DNA of 64,000 nucleotides from Lama glama (Eukaryota), in contig CM052823.1 in the NCBI GenBank assembly GCA_028534125.1, positions 39,680,001-39,744,000 on the forward strand. Reading direction: 5' to 3'. The position numbers and the translations under genes are program-made. The stretch's first letter is position 1, and every line of letters starts with the position of its first letter. The notes below the pieces were generated by a model. The model was not told the origin of the DNA and searched no databases. It saw nothing but the letters and a program-made list of their open reading frames with translations. Below are positions 11,901 through 23,900 of the stretch, piece by piece.

Positions 11901-14900
11901 GAGCAGTGCCTGTGGCCAGGCTCTCCACTACTGCCTGGGCATCCTGCTCATGCCACGCCTACCACAAGAAATTCTGCAGGCACTGAGCATTTCACGACGG
12001 GGTTCCCCACCTCCTTCCCCTCTCTCTCCGCCTGCCTCCCCATACACTTTCTTTAGGGGGTGTGTGTATGTGTGTTCATTCTTTAAGGCCTGCCTTCTCT
12101 TTCAGAAAAAAAAATTTTCTGGGTAGAGACAAGCTATAGGTTGTTCTTTTAAAGTTCAAGGTTACCAAAAAGAAGGAAGGAGTGCTTAGACATAAGACTG
12201 CATTTGGTAGTTTCTTTGTTCTTCCTCTTGGGAGCTCATTACTGTTAGTTTGAACCATATAAAATTGCTTATCTTTGGACATTTTTGACCCAGAAAAAAA
12301 ATGGCAGTTTCATACAGTTCAACCTAACACGTACTTACTGGTTGGCTTTCCTGTCACTGCACTGGGACCAGAGGGGCACAGCCTCATCCTCGCTCACCCA
12401 CCGGCTCTGCAGTGAGACCAGATGGGAGCGGTCAGCAGAACTTCTTGCCAGAAGACAAAGCTAGTTAATTCCCCTGAGTTGAATGTTATCCTGTCTCTTC
12501 AACATCAAAACCCCATTTGTTTATCACAACCTAAACGGATTTTACGGAGCAGATTCTGGGTCCGTGGTGAAGCTTGGCAGCCGCGGTGCTGGAATCACTC
12601 AGTCCTTTTCCTCCAAGTTTGCTTTCCTTTCCAGTCTTCACGTACAATGCTGCCCACAAGGAGACCTGCGAACACAACCACGAGCGCTGCTCCCGGCACG
12701 CCTTCTGCACCGACTACGCCACCGGCTTCTGCTGCCACTGCCAGTCCAGGTTTTACGGGAACGGGAAGCACTGTCTGCCGGAAGGTGAGGGATGCTGGCT
12801 TGACTGGGGCGGGGGCTGCTCGGGGTCTGTCTCTGCCGCCTGCTGTTTCCAGCTGTCGCTATGGGCTCTGCTTATGGACCTTGTGTCTCTACCGCTTGAA
12901 TCAAAGTGCTAGCAACTTGCAGGTGCTCAATAAATGAGAAATAAATGTGTTTGGGTGGATTTCCCAACTTAAGGATTAACCAGAAATGTTTCCGCCCTTT
13001 TTGCTAGCTCATCAGAGTCAAAGTGGGTGGGCGAGAGGGAGGATAGGAGAAGGGCTATGGAAGGCAGGTGTGTGTCCTACCCAGAAGGGTGGTGGGTTGG
13101 TAAGGGTCTCATGAAAAAGGGCTGAAGATGGAGTTTGGGGAGTTGTTGGTGGAATTGTTTTGTCTGTGCACCAAGACGGTGGTCACGGTTGACTGGGTGT
13201 GCTGTGTCTCAGGGGCGCCTCATCGAGTCAATGGGAAAGTGAGTGGGCAACTTCGCGTGGGCCACACGCCCGTGCACTTCACCGACGTGGACCTGCACGC
13301 TTACATCGTGGGCAATGACGGCAGAGCCTACACGGCCATCAGCCACATCCCACAGCCGGCCGCCCAGGCCCTTCTCCCACTCACGCCAATCGGAGGCCTG
13401 TTTGGCTGGCTCTTTGCTTTAGAAAAACCAGGCTGGGAGAACGGCTTCAGCCTCACAGGTGAGTAGGGCCGCCGAGAGGGCCACTGGTCACCCGTGCTTT
13501 GGTGGCGTGGAACCTTGAGTTTTCATTCCATGAAAAAGGATCTGCTTCTCTGATGTTCCAGAGTCACAAGAGTGTAGTATTCTGTCTGGAAGTACCTGGG
13601 GATGGTTTGGCTTCACAGGACTGTTTTTTTAAAAGAATGAATTCTTAATGTTCTCCAAGCTGTTCTGAGAAATAGAATGGTTCCATTTGGAGCATTTGTG
13701 CCCACTGAGCCCAATTTGTTGAAGCTTGTTTCCCAGACTTCATGTCATTGAGTTGCAATGCGCAGATCTGTTAAACAGGGGTGCACGGTGGTAATTCCAG
13801 GACACCTGGGGATGGTGTTACTTCATGGGTGAGGGGTGCCTTTCCTCCCCACCCCCCTCCCCGACAACTCTGACCTGTAATAGTACAGACAGTCCTTCTC
13901 AGACTTCATCCCACACACACATCGCCTGGGGCCTTGGGAGGGTGCAGGTGTGATTCAGTAGGCGGGGTGGGGTGGTGGTGGTCTGTGATCCTGTCTTCTA
14001 GCAAGCTCCCAGGACACAGTGCTCGTCTAAGGACCACCCTTCCATAGCAAGGGGGCAGAGGCTACTTCCTGGCTTCTCATCTCACTGTGCTTTGTTTCCT
14101 AGTGGATTTATCTTCATTGCACAGAAAGTGTAAAAGTTCTTTGTCCACTTCCAGCTGTAGAGCTCAATGGCTGTTAGTAGGATCTTACTTATAAACAGGG
14201 TTTGATAAAACCTTGAGTCAAAAGTAGATAAAATACAGTCTACCCAGTTACATTGACTTTCAGATAAATAAAACATTTTAGTGTAAGCATGTCCCATACA
14301 ATACTTGGGGCATACTTATACCAATTTATTTATTAGTTATCTGAAATTCAAAAGGTGAATGGGTGTCCTGGGGTTTTCTTGGTTTATTTTTGCCAAAGCT
14401 GGAGAAAGGTCAAGGATTTTCCTAGTGGTTTATATTTCACAGGAAACAAGCTCCTACAAAGAGAAGCAGTGTGAGAGGAGGTAGGATGGAACCACACTGC
14501 GTCAGAAGGTTTGGGGAACTAATGGCATCAACAGCTGCTGGCCCTTGGCCTTGGCGATCAGATCTCCTTGGGCACCATCTCCAACAGTAGCAGAAGCTGG
14601 GAAGGGGAAGTGTGCCCTGGTAGTTATTGCTGGAAGAGGCAAGACCTCTTTCCATCTCTGTGCTGGAACTTTTTTTCCTTTCCAGGTGCTACCTTTATCC
14701 ATGACATGGAAGTTACCTTCTACCCAGGGGAGGAGAGGGTTCGAATCACTCAAACTGCCGAGGGACTGGACCCAGAGAACTATCTGAGCATTAAGACCAA
14801 CATTCAAGGCCAGGTGCCCTACATCCCAGCAAATTTCACAGCCCACATCGCTCCCTACAAGGAGCTCTACCACTACTCGGACTCAGGTGCGTGCAGCCAC

Positions 14901-17900
14901 TCCTCTCATCTGCACAGTGGGGATGGCACATGGCTCACAAGACAGGATTGTATGAGTGCGTGGGATGTCCTTCCAACTGTGTGTGGCATATAAAATGAGC
15001 TCAATATTGTTTCTGTTACTCTGATTATTATGTTAGTGTGAGAAAAGTGTTGGCTGCTGTACACAAGAGTATCAGTGTCCCTTCTCAATACTGTTGTTAT
15101 AACATAAAGTAACCTTGTCTGTTGGGATGGGGAGGGATGGTATAATTATAGTTTTTAACCATCCTGCTCTCTGAGCCATGGAAAAATACTGATTATTGGA
15201 ATTTATCCTTTAAAATTTTTTTTAAATTTATGTATATACATGTATATATGGTTTTTTTGTGGGAGAAGGTCATTAGGTCTATTTATTAGTTTTTTTTAAT
15301 GGAGGTACTGGGGATTGAACCCATGACCACATGTATGCTAAGCATGCTGTCTACCACTGAGCTATACCCTCTCCCACTATTGGAATTTCTCCTTGTGTAA
15401 CCTGTTTCAGTATCCTTTGAAATCAGAGATGCTGCACCAGTGTTATAAAACTAATGCTAGTTTTGGAGTCAGAAGACAGAAATTCATATCATGGATGCAT
15501 TTAAAATATGTGGGGAATAAGGTCACTTACATCTGAGGACCTATTTTTCTCATCTCTAGAATGAGAATGTTAATAACCTTATTACTGTCTGTCTACCTTA
15601 CCTGGTTGATATGTGTAAAGTGTGATGTGTTCTTTAAAAACCACCTGATTTCGAGATGCTGCCCTGATCTTAGTCGCTGTCCCGCAGCACAGCTGTTTGA
15701 TTTGTGTCGTGCCTTTGCTTCTCCTGCGGTGTGAGAGCTGGAAGCCGGGCACAGGATGCAGGGAAGAGGATGGGCAGCGGAAAACTGGCCTGGCCTCCTG
15801 ATTCCGCACTCAGATGGAGAGAAAAGACACCCCCACCCCACCAACTACCTTTCTCTGACTTAAGTGCAAGGTGCTGAAAGGCATGCCCTCCGTGCACTGC
15901 AGAGGATGGACTGGTTGGAAACTGGGGATGTAGAGTCAGGCTGACTTGAGCTCTGCCATGTGCCAGCCTTGCGTGTTAGACTTAACTACTTCTTAACCTT
16001 TATAAGGCTCTCCACACAAGTTACGGGCCCACCTCACTGGCTGTGGTGAGGACAGAATAAGGCAGTGCCTACAGAGTGCTCAGCATGGCTACAAGTAGAC
16101 ACATCTATTCTTTGCAAATTCTGGCATCAGTGATTGTACCTGCTCCCTCTCAGTGCCTTGGTTTTACATCCACTCGGGTTCTTGGGATTGCCTTGTAGGT
16201 TTCCCATATAAACTCAGGAACTTCCCAAGGGAACATGCTCCAGGAATTAAATGAAAGCTGTGCAGAGCAACTCACCCCATGTGAAAAACCTCTAATTAAT
16301 ATTTTGTAATTTCCCAGTTTGACCGAATTGTGTCTATTGCAGTTGTGACCTCCACAAGCTCCAGAGACTACTCTCTCACATTTGGTACCATCAACCAAAC
16401 GCAGTCCTACCGTGTTCACCAGAACATCACGTACCAAACATGCAGGCATGCCCCCAGACGCTGGGCCGTCCCCACCACCCAGCAGCTGAACGTGGACCGG
16501 GTCTTTGCCTTGTACACAGATGAAGAAAAAGTGCTCAGATTCGCTGTGACCAATCAGATTGGCCCCGTTGAAGGTATGGTTTCCTTTTTTGTTATTGCTG
16601 GGCAAAAATAACATTGAACTTTCTTTCTTCATCCCTTTTGAGTGGCCTCAGAATGATTCATGTAGGTTACTAAGGTAAACTGAATGCCAGGCTCTATTAG
16701 GTGCTGGGTGTAAGGATGAATAAGGTAGGGTCCTGTCCTTGAGGTGGAGACAGAGGTAGAAATGGAACTTCTAGAACAGTGTTCCTGCCAAGCTCAGGAA
16801 TAAAGCATAATACTTATGCTCAGGAACAGAGCATAATACATGAGACTGGTTTGTAGCAACACCCAACTGTATGTGCCGATCTGCGTCCATGATACACCTG
16901 TGAACAAGCTGGGGCCGAGGTGGGAGGGAGAATGATGCTGACAAATGTTTGTTATAATTGTGGTAAGTGCAGGGTGCTATGAGCCTAGATGGGAGGTTCA
17001 GGAAAGATATCCCTGAGTAAATAATATTTTAGCTAAAACTTAAAGGATGAGAAGGATTTCACCAAATTTTCACCAGTGCCTAGAAGAACAAAAGAAGATA
17101 GAACTGCATGTATGAAAAAACCCAAAGTAACATCACACTTAATGACGGAAGACTGGATGCTTTCCCTCCAAGATCAGGAATAAGACAAGGATGTCATCTC
17201 TTGCAGCTTATCTTCAACATTGTGCTGGAAGTTGTAGGCAGGCAATTAGGCAAAAAAATGAATTACAGGCATCTAGCTTGGAAGGGAAGAGGTAAAATTA
17301 TCTCTCTTTTTCTATGACATGATCTTACTGGTAGAAAGACTAAGAAATTTATTTTAAAAACTATTAGAACTAATAAACAAGTTCAGTAAGGTTGCAGGAT
17401 ATGAAATCAATATATAAAAATCAATCATATTTTAATAGCGATGAGCAAACTGAGAAGAAAATTAAGAAACAATTCCATTTCAAAAAGAATAAAGTAGGAA
17501 TAAATTTTTAAGAAGTGTGATACTTTTACATTAAAACCTATAAATGTTTTTGAAAAAAAGGAAGGCCTAAATAAATGGAAAACTATTCTGTGTTGATGGA
17601 TTGGAAAACTTAATATTAAGATGTCAGTGATTCATAAATTGACCTATGAATTCAATACAATCCTATCAGCTGGTTTTTTTTTTTGAAGAAAACCTGATGC
17701 TAAAATTGATGTGAAAATGTAAGGAACTCAGAATAGCCAAGATAATTTGAAAAAAGAACAAAGTTGGACTAATCATACTTCTGATTTCAAAACTTGAGTA
17801 ATCAATACAGTATGGTCCTTGAATAAGGACAGACATACAGATCAATAGGAATAGAAGTGAGAATACAGAAATAATCACTCATGTTTACGGTCGATTGTTT

Positions 17901-20900
17901 TCTGACGGGGTGCCGAAACAACTGAATGAGAAGAAAGTAGTCTTTTTGACAAATGGTTCTGGGACAACTGTGGATATCCACAGGACAAGAGAGAAAAATA
18001 AAAGATGTCCAAATTGGAAGGGAAGAAGTAAAACTGTCACTATTTACAGATAACAGATACTAGTATAGAAAACCCTAAAGTCTCCACCAAAAAACTATTA
18101 GGACCTATAAATGAATTTAGTAAAGTTCTAGGATACAAGATTAACATACACAAATCTGTTGCTTTTCTATACACTAATAATGAACTTCAGAAAGAGAAAG
18201 CAAGAAAACAATCCCATTTGAAAAAATAAAATACCCAGGAGTAAACTTAACCAAGGAGGTGGAAGGACCTATGCTTTAAAATCTGTAAGAAAGCAATTGA
18301 AGGTGATACAAAGAAATGGGAAGACACGCATGTTCATGGATTGGAAGTATTAGTCTTGTTATGGTTTGATGACTAGAGAAGGTCTTTAACATTTGTTGTA
18401 AAGCTGGTTTGGTGGTGCTGAAATCTTTCAGCTTTTGTTTTTCTGTGAAGCTTTTGATTTCTCCATCAAGTCTGAACACGAGCCTTGCTGGATAGAGGAT
18501 TCTGGTTGTAGGTTTTTCCCTTTCATCACTTTAAATATATCACGCCCCTCCCTTCTGGCCTGTAGAGTTTCTGCTGAAAAATCAGCTGATAACCTTATGG
18601 CAGTTCCCTTGTATGTTATTTGTTGCTTTTCTCTTGCTAATTTTAATATTTTCTGCTTATCCTTAATTGTTGTCAATTTGATGACTATGTGCCTTGGTGT
18701 GTTCCTCTTTGGGTTGATTCTGTGTGGGATTCTCTGTGCTTCCAGGACTTGGGTGACTGTTTCCTTTCCAAAGTTGGGGAGGTTTCTGGTTATTCTCTGT
18801 CCAAAATTTTCTCAGGTCGTATCTCTCTCTCTCCTCTTTCTGGGACCCCTGTAATGCGAATATTAGAGCACTTCATGTTGTCCCAGAGTTCTCTTAAACT
18901 ATCCTCATTCCCTTTTTTTGTTTTCTTTTTTCTGTTCTGAAGTAGTGATTTCCACTAATCTGTCTTCTAGCTCACTTATCCATTCTTCTACCTCATTTAG
19001 TCTATTCTTGGTTCCTTCTAGTGTGTTATTCAGTTCAGTGATTTTATTCTTTAACTGTGTTCAGGTATTCTTTATATTTTCCAACTCTTTGCTAAAAACT
19101 TCACTCTGTGCATCTATACTCCTCTTGAGTTCTCTGAACATTTTGGCCTTCATTACTTTAAACTCTTTCTCAGATAAGTTACCTATCTCCTCATCACTTA
19201 TTCTTCTGGGATTTTATGTTGTTTCTTGGCCTGGGAGATATTCCTTTGCTGCCTCACATCGTCTATCTTTCTATGTGTTTGTGGATTCCTTCCACAGGCT
19301 TTGGGATTATTGTTTTCTTATTTCTGGCATCTGCCCCTGGTGGATGAGGCTGGACTAGAGGCTTATGCAGGTTTCCTGGCAGGAGGAGCCAGTGCCTGCC
19401 CACTGCTGGGTGAAGCTTGGTCGTGGACCTCTGGTGGGTAGGGCTGTGTCTAGAGGCCTTTGTGGCTTTAGGAGGTCTGCTGATGGGTGGGGCTGTGTTC
19501 TCAGCCTGTATGTTGTTTGGCCTGAGGCTTCCCTACAGGCTGTTGGGTGGGGCTTGGTCTTGGTGCTAATGATCCAATCAAGATGTTAGCCTCCAGGAAA
19601 GCTCATGTAGATGAACACTTGTGGAATGTCCGCCACCAGCTTTTATGTCCCCTGAGTGGGCCGCAGCCATCCCGCATGTCCCCAGGTGACCCTCCAAATC
19701 AAGCAGGCAGGTCTGGCCCATGTTCCTATGAAATCACCGCCTCTGCCCTTGGACTTGATTCACGTGAGTTTCTGTGTAGGCTTCTCAACCAAATGGAAGG
19801 GGGAGGGTATAGCTCAGTGGTAGAGCACATGCTTAGCATGCATGAGGTCCTGAGTTCAATCCCCAGTAACTCTGTTAAAAAAATAAATCAACCTAATTAT
19901 CTCCCCCACCTTGAAAAAATAAGACAGTTGCTCAAGTGAATGGACTCTCCATTTTCCCCAGTCCCTTAATGCTCCCAGAGCCAAGCTCCCCTGGTCTTCA
20001 AAACCAGATGTCCTGGGGTCTCCTCTTCCCAATGCTGGGACCCGAGCTGGGGAGCCTGACGTGGGGCTTGGAGCTCTCACTCCTGTGGGAGGGCCTCTGC
20101 GACTTAACAAATCTCCAGCTTGTGGGTTGCCCACCCTGGGGGTATGGGGCCCAATTGTATCATGAGCACGCCCCTCCTACCGTCCTGCTGTGGTTCCCCC
20201 TTTATATTTCCAGTTGCAGAAGATCTTTTTAGCTAGGCTCCAGTCTGTCTTTGATGGTTGTTTAGCATTCAGTTGCGGTTTCGTTGTAGGAGAGACAAGC
20301 TCGTGGTCCTACCACTCCACTGTCTTGACAGGAACTCTCGGAAGTATTAATATTGTTAAAATGTCATACTACCCAAAATAATCTACAGATTTAATGCAGT
20401 CCCTCCAAGGATATACTGTACAGCACAGGGAATATAGCCAATATCTTATAATAACTTTAAATGGAGTATAATCTATAAAAATGACTCATTTTGATGTACA
20501 TTTGAAACTTACATGTTCTAAGTCAACTGTATTTCAATTGACAAAAATGAAATTGCATAAGCAAATATGAAAGCATTTTGCCTAATGTAAAACATTATAA
20601 AATATTAAAGTATTATTCAAAGAAAGTTATTTCTGGACAAACAGGAGGGTCAGTAAAATGGAATAATACTCAAAGAAAAATAATGAAGATGGACTTCTAC
20701 TTCATACCGTATACAAAATTTAACTGAGAATGGGTCAAAGACCTTACGTAATTAAATTAAAATTTTAGAAAAAACATGGGGGTGAACTGTGATCCTGAAT
20801 TTGGCAGTGGTTTCTGAGATATGCTCAAAGTACAAGCAACAGAAGAAAACAAAAATAGATAAATGGGATGTTGTCAAAAGTAAAAACTTTTGTGCTTCAG

Positions 20901-23900
20901 AAGACATTATCAACCTACATACAGAATGGGAGAAAATATTTGCAAATCGTGTTTAAATAAGAGATGTATTAGGAATATATGAAGAGCTCTTACAGCTGAA
21001 TAATAAGACAAATAATCTAATTAAAAGATAGGCAAAAAAAAAAATTTCTCCAAAGATGGCATTCAATGAACCCATGAAAAGATGCTCAAGATCATTAATC
21101 ACCAGGGAAGTACAAAACTCAAAACCATAATGAGATACTACTTTGCATGTGGATGGCTTACAATAAAAAAAAAAACCGATAATAACACATGTTGGTGAGG
21201 ATGTGGAGAAACTGAAACCCTCACACATCGCTGGTATGAGTGTACAATGGTGTAGCTACTGTGCAGAACAGCGGTTACTCAAAAAGCTAAACACATAGTT
21301 ACTGTTTGACTGAGTAACTGTACTCCTGCCTACATACCCAAGAGAAATAAAAGCTTATGAAAACTTCACAATAGCCAATAGGTGGAAACAACCCAAATGT
21401 CCATCAATTGGTGAATAGGTTTTTAAAACGTCATATATCCATATGATGGAAGACTATTAAAACATAAAAAGGAATGTTACACTATGCATGAGCTTTGAAA
21501 GCATTATGCTAAGTGCAGATAACTAGTCATGAAGGACAGCATATTGCGTGATTCTGTTTTGTCCAGAGCAGGCAAATCCACAGAGACAAAGCAGATTAGT
21601 GGTTGCCTAGGTTGGAGGCATAATAGTGGGGCAGGGAGTTGATAGTTAAAAAGTACAAGGTTTCTTTGGGGGGGATTAAAATGTTCTAAAATTGATTGTG
21701 GTTTATAGTTACAGAGCTCTGCTAATTTATTTTTAAAAAACATTTAATTGTGCACTTGGTTTTTCCTTTTTCTCCATTTCCATTTGCATGGAATGTGCAC
21801 TTTAGATGGGTGAATTGTATGGTATGTGAATTATATCTCAATTGAAAAAAGCAGTTGTGGAGGAAAAAACCCAAACCTCTAAAGCAGTGGTTCGCATACT
21901 TCACTCATCATTAGCCTCACCTATGAAGCTAGATAAACATGATGATAAAAACATTCAAGATCTATCAAGGCACCACAGGGCACGTTACTAAGTGAAAGAA
22001 GCCAGTCTGAAAAGGCTTCACACTGTGCAATTCTAGACCTTCTAGAAAAGGTAAAACAATAGAGACAGTACATAGATCAGCGGTTGCCAGGGGGTCAGGG
22101 GGAGGGAGAAGAGGGCAGAGCACAGGGATTTTTAGAGCAGAGCAACTATTGTGTATGATACTGTCATGGTGGACACGCGTCATTATGCAGTTGCCAAGCC
22201 CTACAGAACTGTACAGCGCAGCGTGTGGCCCAGTGTAAACCATGGGCTGTAGTTGGTAATAACACATCAGTGTTGGTCCGTCAGTTACAACAGATGTGCC
22301 ACACTAGTGTGTGATGTTAATAACAGAAGGAACCATGCAAACTGGGGGAGAGGGGACTATGGAAACTACTTTTTTGCTGAATTTTGTTTTTGCAAATCTG
22401 AAATTGTTTTAAAGTCTATTAATTTAAAAAAAAAAAAGTTCTAGGCAAGCCAGAGGATGAGCCTGGGAAGTAAGGGGACTCTCCAGGTGGGAAATGACCT
22501 TGTCAGATCAAGGGGACATTTTAATTCTGAAAACCAGTAGGTAGTTTTCCCTTAGAAGGCAAGAGGCACAAGAGGAGAATGTTCCTTCAGCTCCATGTCG
22601 ATATTGCTGAGCCCGGAACCCGTGCCTCTGAGCGGTGCTTCCTTGACTCGTGCCCCGGGGCTTTACCACTGGCGCTGAGGGCTCCATGTGCAAGTGTCAC
22701 TTCAGTGTTGTGGTAATGGGAGATTAAGGTAAGAGGCTAGGATGTAGAGGTGGCTTGAAGTGAGAATCCTCAGTTTGTTGGATTGGTTGGTTATTTTGGT
22801 TTTAGGAAACTTGGAAGCGTAGCCACTGACTGTCCAAAGATGGGATTATAAGGTAGTGAATTACTAGTATGAAAATGTCAATTGATTTTATAGAAACATG
22901 TATCTCAGGAGGGAAAGGACTGTTATTGCCCATTTCCCAAGGACAGATGTAAATAAAAACAACGGGGGAAAACGGCCTTCACCGTTGAATGTCCAGTTCC
23001 GCTCTTCACTGAGTCTAGGCGTCTGATCTGTAAGAAGTGTAATTAGTGGGAGAACCTACCAGGCCACAGAGTCCCCTTCAGATTCTGGAATCATTTAAGG
23101 AAAAGACAGATCCCTGGGTGTGCCTGTCCTGGAGGTACGCTAAAGGGGAACAGCCAAGGCCCAGAAGGCCAGCAAACTGGCAGGTACCAAGCCGCTAATT
23201 TGTCCTTGAAATTACATGATTTTTCCCTTCTACTCAGGTCAAATAATAATAATTAATAATATTATTATTCTAGCAGTAGTAGCAAAGGACAGTTCACTTA
23301 ATGCCAAGCACTGTTCTGAGTACCTTGCATGAATGAAGCCCTTTAATCCCCTCAACAGTCCTACCCAGTAAGGGGATTGTCACCTCGTTTTACAGAGGCT
23401 GAGGTGCAGACATGAAGCAAGCTGCCTGGTCACAGCTAGAAAGGGGTGAGCTGGGACTCAAACCCCAGCCCGGCTGCAGAGCCCCCTCTCACCCCGCCCA
23501 TGGCCCTGCTCCTCCATGGGGACTCCCCAGACCTCGGGACCGCCTTGACATACAGACCAGAGGTTGAGAGGGGGAATGTGTGTTACCCTTTGTGTTTCAT
23601 CCCCCCTACATAAGACAGGAATACTGTCCGCTCTGCCTGAATGGGAGGAAAATGAGGATGAAAGAAGAAAATAACAACAAAAAAGAGAAAAGTACAACCT
23701 GCTTTCTTTCTCTCCACAGTATCTTGAGACTTTCACTCTTTCCAGAGGAAGCGATGGTCTGGTTGGGACGTGGGTCTGGTTAGGATGGGTGAGACAGCAC
23801 AGCTGCCCTGCCTGATGAGGGCGCTCCAGGGTCTCGGGTTCAGGGGGTAGTCTTCGCAGTGAGCACTGGGAGCCTGTGGCCCCGCCCCCTCCCCAGCCAC

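Noticed and set aside
11584-12126. 180-aa + strand ORF before exon 6
   Set aside because: GTG start, no homology I recognise, no coherent splice sites linking to NID2.
19799-19875. tRNA-like sequence with A and B boxes
   Set aside because: It continues into a SINE body and A-rich tail and has two diverged sibling copies in the window; it is a SINE, not a tRNA gene.
18435-19939. Plus-strand hydrophobic ORFs of 130-146 aa
   Set aside because: They are antisense readings of L1 ORF1/5'UTR, whose T-rich strand yields F/L/S-rich pseudo-ORFs.
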